The translations under genes and the position numbers were made by a program. 64,000 nucleotides of DNA from Streptosporangiaceae bacterium. Its GTDB lineage: Bacteria > Actinomycetota > Actinomycetes > Streptosporangiales > Streptosporangiaceae. Shown here piece after piece: positions 44,321 through 52,625 of this stretch; within the stretch, counting starts at the first letter, position 1; each line of letters opens with the position of its first letter. The stretch lies in assembly GCA_035642895.1 (NCBI GenBank), contig DASQRM010000190.1, positions 9,398 to 73,397 on the forward strand, in the 5' to 3' direction. Below the pieces are notes generated by a model. That model did not search any database and was not told the DNA's origin. It worked only from the letters and a program-made list of their open reading frames with translations.

Positions 44321-44944
44321 TCAGGCACGCCGGTAACTGGTTCCCAGGGCCGGCTCTAGCAGGCCGAACGCCTGGGATGCGGTCTCCGCCAGGACGGCAC
44401 AGATCTCCGGCCTCGGCTGCCCGGCCAGGCTGCGCTGGCGCGCCTCGGTGTACAACACCCGGTGCACCGAGGCCAGCAGCGCGGCGGCGAGCCGCTGCTG
44501 CGGGCCGTCGGTCCCGGTCTCGGCGGCTATCGCGTCGCCCAGGGCGCGCTCGCGCAGCAGCAGCATCTCCAGTTCCCGGGTGGTCAGCACCGGGCTGCCC
44601 GCGATCATCCGGGCGAAGGCCGGGCTGGACAGCCCCAATGTGACATCGGCACGGGCGACCGCGGCCGCGTAGTCGCGCCGGATCGCGCTGAGCATGCTTT
44701 CCCCGGGCTGCCGGGCGGCCACGACCTCGGCCAGGTGCCCGATGACCGTCTCGGCGCGGTCGAAGACCAGGTCCTCCTTGCGCGCAAAGTAGTTGGTGAC
44801 CGTCATCTTGGCCACCCCGGCTGCGTCGGCCACCTGGGAGATCGTCACCTCGTCGAACCCGTGCGCCACGAACAGCCGCGTGGCGATGTCCGAGATCGCC
44901 TGCCGGGTCTCCTGCTTCCGCCGTTCGCGGAGTCCGGATGTCAT
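44321..44944 (-). CDS. TetR family transcriptional regulator
   Basis: ORF 44321-44944. HTH VTISQVADAAGVAKMTVTNYFARKEDL. Confidence 0.9.
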   Translation of the reverse strand: MTSGLRERRKQETRQAISDIATRLFVAHGFDEVTISQVADAAGVAKMTVTNYFARKEDLVFDRAETVIGHLAEVVAARQPGESMLSAIRRDYAAAVARADVTLGLSSPAFARMIAGSPVLTTRELEMLLLRERALGDAIAAETGTDGPQQRLAAALLASVHRVLYTEARQRSLAGQPRPEICAVLAETASQAFGLLEPALGTSYRRA

Positions 44945-44984
44945 GCCCGTAGCCTACCCCGTAAGTTAGGATGAGCACAAAATT

Positions 44985-44999
44985 ATGTTTGACATACAT
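44985..44999. promoter_or_regulatory. candidate TetR operator ATGTTTGACATACAT in an AT-rich 80-bp divergent region
   Basis: Imperfect palindrome (12 of 15 positions symmetric), flanked by ATGAGCAC (44971) and GTGCTCAT (45018) inverted repeats. Confidence 0.3.
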
Positions 45000-45024
45000 T
45001 TATGTCCTTCCTAGATTGGTGCTC

Positions 45025-45822
45025 ATGACGCAGACCTCGTGCCCGCCGCCATCGATCGAGGCCGCCGCGGCTCCCGCGACCCAGGCCACCCCGGCCGGGT
45101 CAGGCCGGGAGCATCCGACGGCCGTGGACCACCGAGCTGACCCGGACCACCGAGCTGACCCGGACCGCCGAGCTGACCCGGACCGCCGAGCTGACCTGCT
45201 CACGTCCCTGCGACCACTCGCCATCGACGTCGGCGTCCCCCTGGGTTCCTTCTACCTGCTGCGCGACGTGTTCGGGGTCAGCCTGTGGCTATCCCTGGCC
45301 CTGAGCAGCATTCCGGCCGCGGGCCGCACCATGGCTGGCTTCGCCGCCGAGCGGAAGGCGAACCTGCTGGCCCTGCTCATGCTCGCGGTCAACCTGGCCG
45401 GCATCGTGGTGAGCTTCCTGAGCGGGGACCCGCGGGCGATGATCGCCAAGGACTCGCTGGTCAGCAGCGTCATCGCGATCGCCATCCTGACCTCGGTCAC
45501 ACTGCACCGCCCGCTCATGTCCGCCGGGCTCAAGCCGTTCATGACCCAGGGCAGGCCGGAGCGGACCGCGGCCTGGGACCGGCTGTCCGCCGGATCCAGG
45601 CGCTTTCGCCGGCTGGAGCTGGCGTTCAGCACGATCTGGGGTGTGACACTGCTGGCTGACTGCGCGGCGCGCCTGGTGGGCGCGTACACGCTGCCGGTCA
45701 CCACGATGGTCTGGCTGAGCACCGTCTTCACCCTCGGCGCGATCGGCCTGGCCATGGTGACCGGCGGGGTCGCCGCCACCCCCATCCAGAAGATGATCGA
45801 CGCGGAGACATCCGGACGCTGA
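45025..45822 (+). CDS. integral membrane protein (family not assigned) with an N-terminal hexapeptide repeat
   Basis: Part of ORF 44971-45822, with ATG 45025 preferred. Several TM segments (LWLSLALSSIPAAG, LLALLMLAVNLAGIVVSFL, ...). Divergent from the TetR gene. Confidence 0.75.
   Translation: MTQTSCPPPSIEAAAAPATQATPAGSGREHPTAVDHRADPDHRADPDRRADPDRRADLLTSLRPLAIDVGVPLGSFYLLRDVFGVSLWLSLALSSIPAAGRTMAGFAAERKANLLALLMLAVNLAGIVVSFLSGDPRAMIAKDSLVSSVIAIAILTSVTLHRPLMSAGLKPFMTQGRPERTAAWDRLSAGSRRFRRLELAFSTIWGVTLLADCAARLVGAYTLPVTTMVWLSTVFTLGAIGLAMVTGGVAATPIQKMIDAETSGR
45127..45198 (+). repeat. in-frame 18-bp tandem repeat x4 (DHRADP/DHRADP/DRRADP/DRRADL)
   Basis: GACCRCCGAGCTGACCYG units start at 45127, 45145, 45163 and 45181. 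Confidence 0.9.
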
Positions 45823-45883
45823 CCCGCCCCGGCCAAGGCCGGCCCGCCCAGGAGACCGGCACCCGTGAGGAGAGGATCCCGCT

Positions 45884-46888
45884 ATGCGCGGCCAGGGCAT
45901 CAACTACGACACCGGGTTCTCCCCGGGCGGCGTCAGCAGCCGCGAGCAGTTCGACGCGGGCATCGTCCGCCGCGAGATGCAGGTGATCGCGGACGACTTG
46001 CACGGCACGGCGGTACGGATCTCCGGCGGGGATCCGGCCCGGCTCAGCGTGGCCGGGGAGCTCGCGGCGGCCGCGGGGCTGGAGGTGTGGTTCGCGCCGT
46101 TCCCGTGCGAGCTGGCCGCCGCGGACCTGGCCCCGCTGTTCGCGGAGTGCGCGGACCGCGCCGAGCACCTGCGCCGGTCCGGTGCCGCAGTCGTCCTGGT
46201 GTGCGGCTGTGAGCTGTCGTTGTTCGGCGCGGATTTCCTGCCCGGCGGCACGGTGTACGAGCGGATCGCCGGACTGCAGGCCGGCGGCGAGCAGCTGCAC
46301 AGCGCGTTCGCGGCGCTGCCGGGGAAGCTCAATGGTTTCCTGGCCGCGACGGCCGAGGACGCCCGCGGCCGGTTCGGCGGCCCGCTGAGCTACGCGTCCG
46401 GCATGTGGGAACCAGTGGACTGGACCCCCTTCGACGTGGTCGGCGTGGACGCCTACCGGGACGCCGGGAATGCCGGCCGCTTCCGGCTGGAGCTCCGCCA
46501 GCGCCTGCGGCACGGCAAGCCGCTTGCGATCACCGAGTTCGGCTGCTGTGGCTACGCGGGCGCGGCGGACCGCGGCGGCCTGGGCTGGGCCATCCTCGAC
46601 ACCAGCGCCGAGCCGCCCGTCCTGGACGGCGACTACGTCCGCGACGAGCACGAGCAGGTCACCTACCTGCGGGAGCTGACCAAGATCTTCGAGGCCGAAG
46701 GGGTGGACCTCGCCTTCTGGTTCACCTTCGCGGGCTACAAGTTCGTGCCCGGCCCCGGTTCCCGCCGTGACCTGGACCTGGCCAGTTACGGCGTGGTGAG
46801 GATGGTCCCCGGCGGTCCCGGCTCCGGCTACCAGGGCCTCGGCTGGGAACCCAAGCTCGCGTTCGGGGCGCTGGCCCAGGCCGGCTGA
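45884..46888 (+). CDS. TIM-barrel glycoside-hydrolase-like protein (family not assigned)
   Basis: ORF 45884-46888. Protein-like composition, with GINYDTGF and a KPLAITEFGC motif suggestive of a clan GH-A catalytic Glu. Confidence 0.6.
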   Translation: MRGQGINYDTGFSPGGVSSREQFDAGIVRREMQVIADDLHGTAVRISGGDPARLSVAGELAAAAGLEVWFAPFPCELAAADLAPLFAECADRAEHLRRSGAAVVLVCGCELSLFGADFLPGGTVYERIAGLQAGGEQLHSAFAALPGKLNGFLAATAEDARGRFGGPLSYASGMWEPVDWTPFDVVGVDAYRDAGNAGRFRLELRQRLRHGKPLAITEFGCCGYAGAADRGGLGWAILDTSAEPPVLDGDYVRDEHEQVTYLRELTKIFEAEGVDLAFWFTFAGYKFVPGPGSRRDLDLASYGVVRMVPGGPGSGYQGLGWEPKLAFGALAQAG

Positions 46889-47007
46889 CGCAACTCAGCG
46901 GGCGGGAGACCCGGGGCCGGTGCACTATTCTTGACGTTTATCCCGGTCCCCGCCGCGGTATCCGCTCGGCTCCGCGGTATCCGCTCGGCTAGCGAGGAGC
47001 ACCCCCC

Positions 47008-47079
47008 ATGCTGCGTGACGCGGCTGCCGAAACTCGCGGCCAGCGGACGGCCCGCAGGCTGACCGCAAGAAATAGCTAG
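47008..47079 (+). CDS. possible 23-codon upstream ORF/leader peptide (MLRDAAAETRGQRTARRLTARNS)
   Basis: GAGGAG lies 8 nt upstream of ATG 47008. The TAG stop (47077-47079) directly abuts ATG 47080 of the PP2C gene, which has no SD of its own. Confidence 0.3.
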   Translation: MLRDAAAETRGQRTARRLTARNS

Positions 47080-48294
47080 ATGCTGGCCCCACTGGCGCGC
47101 GGCCGGTCGGCTGTGCGTGCGGCCCCGTGGCAAGCCCGCTGGCTGGCCCTGTGCGCCTTGCCCGCAGTGGCCGCGCTGATCGCCCTGGCCACGAGCAGCG
47201 CCTGGGACGGACAGCTCCTGCTGCCGCTGCTGGCGGTGCCACCGGCCCTGGCCGGCATTGGCGCGGCGACTCCGCGCCTCCCGCTGGCCTACGGCGCCGT
47301 GATGCTGCTGGCCGCGATCGCGGCGGCGCCGTTCACCACCACGGCGGAAGTGCCCGCGGTCACCGCGGTGTCCATCCTGGTGGTGACCCTCATCAGCGCC
47401 TCCGGAGGCGCGCGAGGCGGGCAGGAGAACCAGCGACTGGCCGACGTCACCTCGGTCGCCGAGGCGGCGCAGCGAGCCCTGCTGCGCCCGCTGCCGCGCC
47501 AGGTCGGGCCGCTGGAGCTTGGGGTCGTGTACCTTGCGGCGGCCGCCGAGGCCCGGGTCGGTGGCGACCTGTACGAGGTCACGCGGACCCAGTTCGGCAT
47601 CCGCCTGATCGTGGGCGACGTCCGGGGCAAGGGACTGGACGCGGTGGAGATCGCCGCGGACGTCCTGGGGGTGTTCCGCGAGGTCGCCCACGAGGTCTAC
47701 ACGCTGGCCGAGGTAGCCAGGCGGATCGACGCGAGCCTGGCCCGCCGCCCCGCGGCACCGCTCGAGGAGTTCGTTACCGCCGTGCTGGCCGAGATCGACC
47801 CGGCCGCGGGCAGCCTGACCATCTACAACTGCGGTCACCCGCCGCCCCTGGTGCTCAGTCCGGGCGGGAACGGGCCAGCCGGGAACGGGCCAGGCGAGAG
47901 TGACGGTCAGGGCCCGGCGAGGCGGCTGCGAGTCACCCCGGTGAACGTGCCCGCTCCAGCCCTGCCGCTGCGGCTGATGTCACTTGGCGACACGTCAGGC
48001 GCGGAGCGGACCGTGCCGCTGCAGCCCGGTGACGCGCTGCTGCTCTACACCGACGGCGTCACCGAGGCCCGGAATGCGCGCCGGGAGTTCTATCCGCTCG
48101 AGGAGCGGGTAGCCGAGGTGGCCGCGAGGGCTGGCGGCGCGGATGGCGACCTGCTGGACCGGCTGCGTGACGACCTGGTGCGGTACGTGGGCGCACCCCT
48201 CGACGATGATGCGGCCCTGGTGCTGGCCCGGGTCTCCGGCCCGTGGGATCGCCGAGCGGTGCCGCCGCCTCTGGCGGCCGCCCCGCAACCCTGA
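47080..48294 (+). CDS. membrane-anchored PP2C/SpoIIE family protein phosphatase
   Basis: ORF 47080-48294. N-terminal TM segments, then VGGDLYEV...IVGDVRGKG...LLLYTDGVTEA. Confidence 0.88.
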   Translation: MLAPLARGRSAVRAAPWQARWLALCALPAVAALIALATSSAWDGQLLLPLLAVPPALAGIGAATPRLPLAYGAVMLLAAIAAAPFTTTAEVPAVTAVSILVVTLISASGGARGGQENQRLADVTSVAEAAQRALLRPLPRQVGPLELGVVYLAAAAEARVGGDLYEVTRTQFGIRLIVGDVRGKGLDAVEIAADVLGVFREVAHEVYTLAEVARRIDASLARRPAAPLEEFVTAVLAEIDPAAGSLTIYNCGHPPPLVLSPGGNGPAGNGPGESDGQGPARRLRVTPVNVPAPALPLRLMSLGDTSGAERTVPLQPGDALLLYTDGVTEARNARREFYPLEERVAEVAARAGGADGDLLDRLRDDLVRYVGAPLDDDAALVLARVSGPWDRRAVPPPLAAAPQP

Positions 48295-48302
48295 GCCTCG
48301 CG

Positions 48303-49916
48303 TCAGGGGACGATCCGCACGCTCAGCAGGCTGGGCGGCGCGGGCTGGGCAATGACAACGGCCGGGGCTGTGCTCGGGGGCACTGAGCCGATGGGTGTCG
48401 TCGGCCCGGCCGAGCTGGGATCCGGTGTCGTGGGCACCGGCGTGGTCGGCACCGGCGTGGTCGGCACCGGTGTCGTGGGCACCGGCGTGGTCGGTGCGGG
48501 TGTCGTGGGCTTCGGCGACGCGGATCGGCCCGACTTGGACACCTGCGGGGTGGCGGTCGCCCGCGCCACGTCGGCACTACCGCCGTTGGCTCCGGCGATG
48601 CGCGTGGCCGCGAGCGGGCTCTGCCGGGGCAGGAGGCTCGGCGCGGTGCTCTGGCTGGACGCCGGCGGGGTCACAGACGGCGTGCGCGACCCAACCTGAC
48701 TGGGCAACGTGGCCAGCGTCCAGCTGATGAACCCGACCGACGCGACGCCGGTCAGCACCAGGGCCCCGCGGACCGGCAGGCTCGCCTTGTGCCGGGCCGG
48801 GCCAGGCCGCCGCGGCCGCTGACCCCGAGGGCCCGGCCGGACCGGGGACGGGGGGCGACGCGGGGTGGCCGGTGCGACGCCGGCCGCGGCCCCAGGCACC
48901 AGCGAACCAGCCACCACCGGGCCAGCCACTACCGGACCAGCCAGCGCAGCGCCAGCCGCCGCCGGGCCAGCCACCAGCGAACCAGCCACAGCCGGGCCAG
49001 CCACAGCCGGAGAAGCCAGCCCGGCACCGTCCGCCCGGGCAGGCAGAGTCGTGGTCCCATCGCCCGGGCTGGGGGCTTCCGGGCCGGACAGGATCACCCG
49101 GAGGTGCTCAGCGCGCACGGCGACATCCCAGGCGGACCCGGGCCGGGCCGCGGGATCCTGGCGGGTGAGTTCGGTGACCAGAGCGGCAACCTCGGGCGGC
49201 ACGGTTGGCGGCAGCGGGGGGATGCCCCGGTCCAGGTGCGCGAGAGCCACGGCCAGCGGCTCGCCCGCGAACGGGACCTTTCCGGTCAGGCACTGATGCG
49301 CGACGACACCGAGCGCGTACAGGTCGGTCGCGGGCGTTGCGGGAACACCCGAGATCCGTTCCGGGGCCAGGTAGGCCGGGGTTCCGATCAGCATCCCGGG
49401 CTGGGTGACCGGCTGCGTCACCGGATTTTCCCCGGCCGCGGTGGCGATCCCGAAGTCGGTAATCTTGACCAGGCCGTCCAGCCTGACCAGCAAGTTCCCG
49501 GGCTTGATGTCCCGGTGAACCAGGCCGGCCTGGTGCGCGGCGGCCAGTCCCCGGGCCACCTGGGCGACGACATCCATCGCGTCCCCGGGGGGCAGCGGCC
49601 CGTCGTCCAGGATCCTGGTCAGGGACAGCCCCTCCACCAGTTCCATGACGAGATATCCGGGTTCCGCCGCCCGGGCTTCCCCGTAGTCGAAGACCTGGGC
49701 GATGTTCGGGTGCGATAGCGAGCCCGCATGGTGCGCCTCGGCGCGGAACCGGGCCAGCCCGTCCTCATCGTCGGCCTGCTCCGAGCGCAGCAGCTTGATC
49801 GCTACTCGCCGGTCAATGGCCAGGTCGGTACCCCGCCAGACATCCCCCATACCGCCGGACGCAATGAGCACGTCCAGCCGGTAGCGGTTTCGCAACACAA
49901 GCCCAGCAACCCCCAC
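48303..49916 (-). CDS. Ser/Thr protein kinase (Hanks type) with TM segment and Pro/Thr-rich extracellular tail
   Basis: ORF 48303-49916. GGMGDVWRG, VAIK, HRDIKPGN, DFG, APE motifs. Confidence 0.93.
   Translation of the reverse strand: MGVAGLVLRNRYRLDVLIASGGMGDVWRGTDLAIDRRVAIKLLRSEQADDEDGLARFRAEAHHAGSLSHPNIAQVFDYGEARAAEPGYLVMELVEGLSLTRILDDGPLPPGDAMDVVAQVARGLAAAHQAGLVHRDIKPGNLLVRLDGLVKITDFGIATAAGENPVTQPVTQPGMLIGTPAYLAPERISGVPATPATDLYALGVVAHQCLTGKVPFAGEPLAVALAHLDRGIPPLPPTVPPEVAALVTELTRQDPAARPGSAWDVAVRAEHLRVILSGPEAPSPGDGTTTLPARADGAGLASPAVAGPAVAGSLVAGPAAAGAALAGPVVAGPVVAGSLVPGAAAGVAPATPRRPPSPVRPGPRGQRPRRPGPARHKASLPVRGALVLTGVASVGFISWTLATLPSQVGSRTPSVTPPASSQSTAPSLLPRQSPLAATRIAGANGGSADVARATATPQVSKSGRSASPKPTTPAPTTPVPTTPVPTTPVPTTPVPTTPDPSSAGPTTPIGSVPPSTAPAVVIAQPAPPSLLSVRIVP
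48424..48513 (-). repeat. in-frame 15-bp tandem repeat x6 (PTTPV-type) in the kinase tail; a second Ala/Gly/Pro repeat block lies at ~48905-49020
   Basis: GGYGTSGTSGGCACC units start at 48424, 48439, 48454, 48469, 48484 and 48499. Confidence 0.85.
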
Positions 49917-50058
49917 GCCTTAGAGTTACCCTTCTACGCGCTGATCACTCGTCTGACCCGATGCGTACCGGGAGAAGCGAACTCAGGCCGCTAGCCCCCT
50001 TCCAAGCCTCTCGCCCCTGTTTGCCAGGATAGGCGGGGGTAGCGGAGCCAGCCGCGAC

Positions 50059-51483
50059 ATGGAGGGCGAGGCGAGACAGGTGCTGAGCAGCCTGGCGCTG
50101 CAATCGGACCAGGTCATCCCGGCCCGGGCCCAGATGGGATCGAGCCTGGGCTTCCACATCATCCTGGCCTGCATGGGCATCGGCTTTCCCGCGGTGGTGA
50201 TGACCGCGCACTATCTCGGTCTGCGCGGTGACGCCGACGCGCTGCTGCTCGCCCGGCGCTGGTCGAAGGTGATGGCCGTGCTGGTCGCGGTGGGCGCCGT
50301 GAGCGGGACGGTGCTGTCGTTCGACATGGGCCTGCTGTGGCCGGGACTGATGGGCACGTACGGGTCGGCCATCGGCATCCCGTTCAGCTTCGAGGGCATC
50401 TTCTTCCTGCTCGAAGCGGTGTTCACGGCGATCTACCTGTACGGGTGGGACCGGCTGCCGCGGTGGCTGCACTTCTGGACCCTCGGGCCGATCGTGATCA
50501 GTGGCATCCTCGGTGCCTTGTCGGTGGTGGCCGCGAACTCGTGGATGAACCAGCCGTCCGGCTACACCATGGCGCACGGCCAGATCACGAGCGTCGACCC
50601 GGTCGCGGTGTTCTTCAACCAGGCCACCTACTACGAGGCCCCGCACATGATCCTGGCCGCCTTCATGGTCGCGGGCGGCCTGGCCGCGACGCCGTACGCG
50701 GTGGGCCTGCTCCGCGGCCACCGGGACCGCTACACCCGGCTCGGCTTCGGCGTGCCGTTCACCATCGCCGCGATCGTGACGCCGGTCCAGATCGTGATCG
50801 GTGACACCGCGGCGCGCGCGATCGCGATCCACCAACCGGTCAAGTTCGCGTCGATGGAGTACGTCGACCACACCACGCGCGGCGCCACCGAGTGGATCGC
50901 GGGCATCTGGTACCACGGCCACGTGATCGCGGGCATCGGGCTGCCCGACGTCGATTCGCTGCTGGTAGGTTTCTCGCCGCACACCCGGGTGACCGGCTGG
51001 GACACCGTCCCGGCCGCCTACCGGCCGCCGCTGCCCACCCTCATCCACCTGAGCTTCGACCTCATGGTCGGCATCGGAACCCTGCTGCTGCTCTGGGGGA
51101 TCTGGCTAGCCTGGTCCTGGTGGCGCCACCGCGACCTGCCGCAGGGCCGTCCAGGCACGGTGTTTCTCATCGGCGGGGCGCTCTCGGGGGTCGCGGCCAC
51201 AGCGGCCATGGAAGCGGGCTGGGTCGTCACCGAGGTGGGCCGCCAGCCCTGGACCGTGTATCACGTGCTGCTCACCAGCCAGGCCGCGACCACGGCCAGC
51301 GGGGTGACCGGCACGCTGGCCGCGACCCTGGTCATCTACGGGGCGCTGACGGCGGCCACGTTCGCGGTCCTGTTCGTGATGCAGCGCCGCTGGAGCACGG
51401 GGACTCCGGGGCAGCCGGAACCCGCCGTGCCCTACGCGCCGCCCGCCGAGCCGACCGCGCGCCCACCGGAGCCGCCGCGATGA
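50059..51483 (+). CDS. cydA: cytochrome bd-type ubiquinol oxidase subunit I
   Basis: ORF 50059-51483. GFHIIL, multi-TM body, EVGRQPW motif. Confidence 0.9.
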   Translation: MEGEARQVLSSLALQSDQVIPARAQMGSSLGFHIILACMGIGFPAVVMTAHYLGLRGDADALLLARRWSKVMAVLVAVGAVSGTVLSFDMGLLWPGLMGTYGSAIGIPFSFEGIFFLLEAVFTAIYLYGWDRLPRWLHFWTLGPIVISGILGALSVVAANSWMNQPSGYTMAHGQITSVDPVAVFFNQATYYEAPHMILAAFMVAGGLAATPYAVGLLRGHRDRYTRLGFGVPFTIAAIVTPVQIVIGDTAARAIAIHQPVKFASMEYVDHTTRGATEWIAGIWYHGHVIAGIGLPDVDSLLVGFSPHTRVTGWDTVPAAYRPPLPTLIHLSFDLMVGIGTLLLLWGIWLAWSWWRHRDLPQGRPGTVFLIGGALSGVAATAAMEAGWVVTEVGRQPWTVYHVLLTSQAATTASGVTGTLAATLVIYGALTAATFAVLFVMQRRWSTGTPGQPEPAVPYAPPAEPTARPPEPPR

Positions 51484-52487
51484 TCCCCGACATCGTCGCG
51501 GCCGTGCTCATCCTGGTGATCACGGCCTACGCCGTACTGGCCGGGGCCGACTTCGGCGGCGGCGTCTGGGATCTGCTGGCCGGCTCTACGGCGGCCGGGG
51601 CGGCGCCGCGGCGGCGGATCGACCGTTCCATCGGGCCCGTGTGGGAGTCCAACCACGTCTGGCTGATCATCGCCCTGGTGCTGCTCTGGACCGGCTTCCC
51701 GGTCGCCTTCGCCCGGATCTTCACCACGCTGTTCGTGCCGCTGAGCGTGGCCGCGCTGGGCATCGTCCTGCGCGGGGCCGGGTTCGCGTTCCGTTCGCAG
51801 GTGCAGACGCTGCGCTGGCAGCGGGTGAGTGGCGCGGTCTTCGCCCTGGCCTCCCTGCTGACGCCGTTCTTCCTGGGCACCGCCATCGGGGCGATCGTGA
51901 CCGGCCGGGTGCGCGGCGCGGATGGCGATCCGGTTTCGTCGTGGGTGAATCCGACCTCCCTGCTGACCGGCGCCCTGTTCGTGGCCACCTCCGCGTACCT
52001 GGCCGCCGTCTACCTGGCCATCGACAGCGAGCGCGCCGGTGAGCCGGGGCTGCGCAGGTACTTCACCCGCCGGGCCCTGGCCGCCGCAGTCGTGACCGGC
52101 CTGCTGGCCGCGATCACCCTGGGTGTCCTGCACACGACGGCCGCCCGGGTGTTCTCGATCCTGACCGCGGGGCGGGCGCTGCCGCTGGTGGTGATCTCGG
52201 TCCTGGCCGGCGCCACCGTGCTGGTCCTGCTGGTGCTGGACCAGACCAGGCTGATCCGGCTGCTGGCCGCCCTGGCCGTGACCGCCGTGATCTGGGGCTG
52301 GGCGCTCGCCCAGTACCCGCTGCTGCTGCCACCGCACCTGACCATCCATGATGCCGCCGCGCCCGCCGCGGCCGGGGTCACGGAACTGGTTGTGGTAGCC
52401 ATCATCGTGGTGCTGGTCGGCCCGTCGTTCGCGCTGCTGTACAGCCTGGCGCAGCGGGGCACGCTCAGTGAGCCGGGCGCGCGTTAG
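51480..52487 (+). CDS. cydB: cytochrome bd-type ubiquinol oxidase subunit II
   Basis: Last 335 codons of ORF 50892-52487. ATG 51480 overlaps the cydA TGA (ATGA). LAGADFGGGVWDL motif. Confidence 0.9.
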   Translation: MIPDIVAAVLILVITAYAVLAGADFGGGVWDLLAGSTAAGAAPRRRIDRSIGPVWESNHVWLIIALVLLWTGFPVAFARIFTTLFVPLSVAALGIVLRGAGFAFRSQVQTLRWQRVSGAVFALASLLTPFFLGTAIGAIVTGRVRGADGDPVSSWVNPTSLLTGALFVATSAYLAAVYLAIDSERAGEPGLRRYFTRRALAAAVVTGLLAAITLGVLHTTAARVFSILTAGRALPLVVISVLAGATVLVLLVLDQTRLIRLLAALAVTAVIWGWALAQYPLLLPPHLTIHDAAAPAAAGVTELVVVAIIVVLVGPSFALLYSLAQRGTLSEPGAR

Positions 52488-52625
52488 GTCACGTCGAGGC
52501 GGCGGTTACGGCGCGGGGGTTGACGCCCATGTCCTGATGAGCGACCCTAAACGGCTATTCAGATGATTATCCGGCAGATCGGGCGGGGCGGATTCCGGGT
52601 CGGCTCCAGAAACGAGGGTGGGCGG

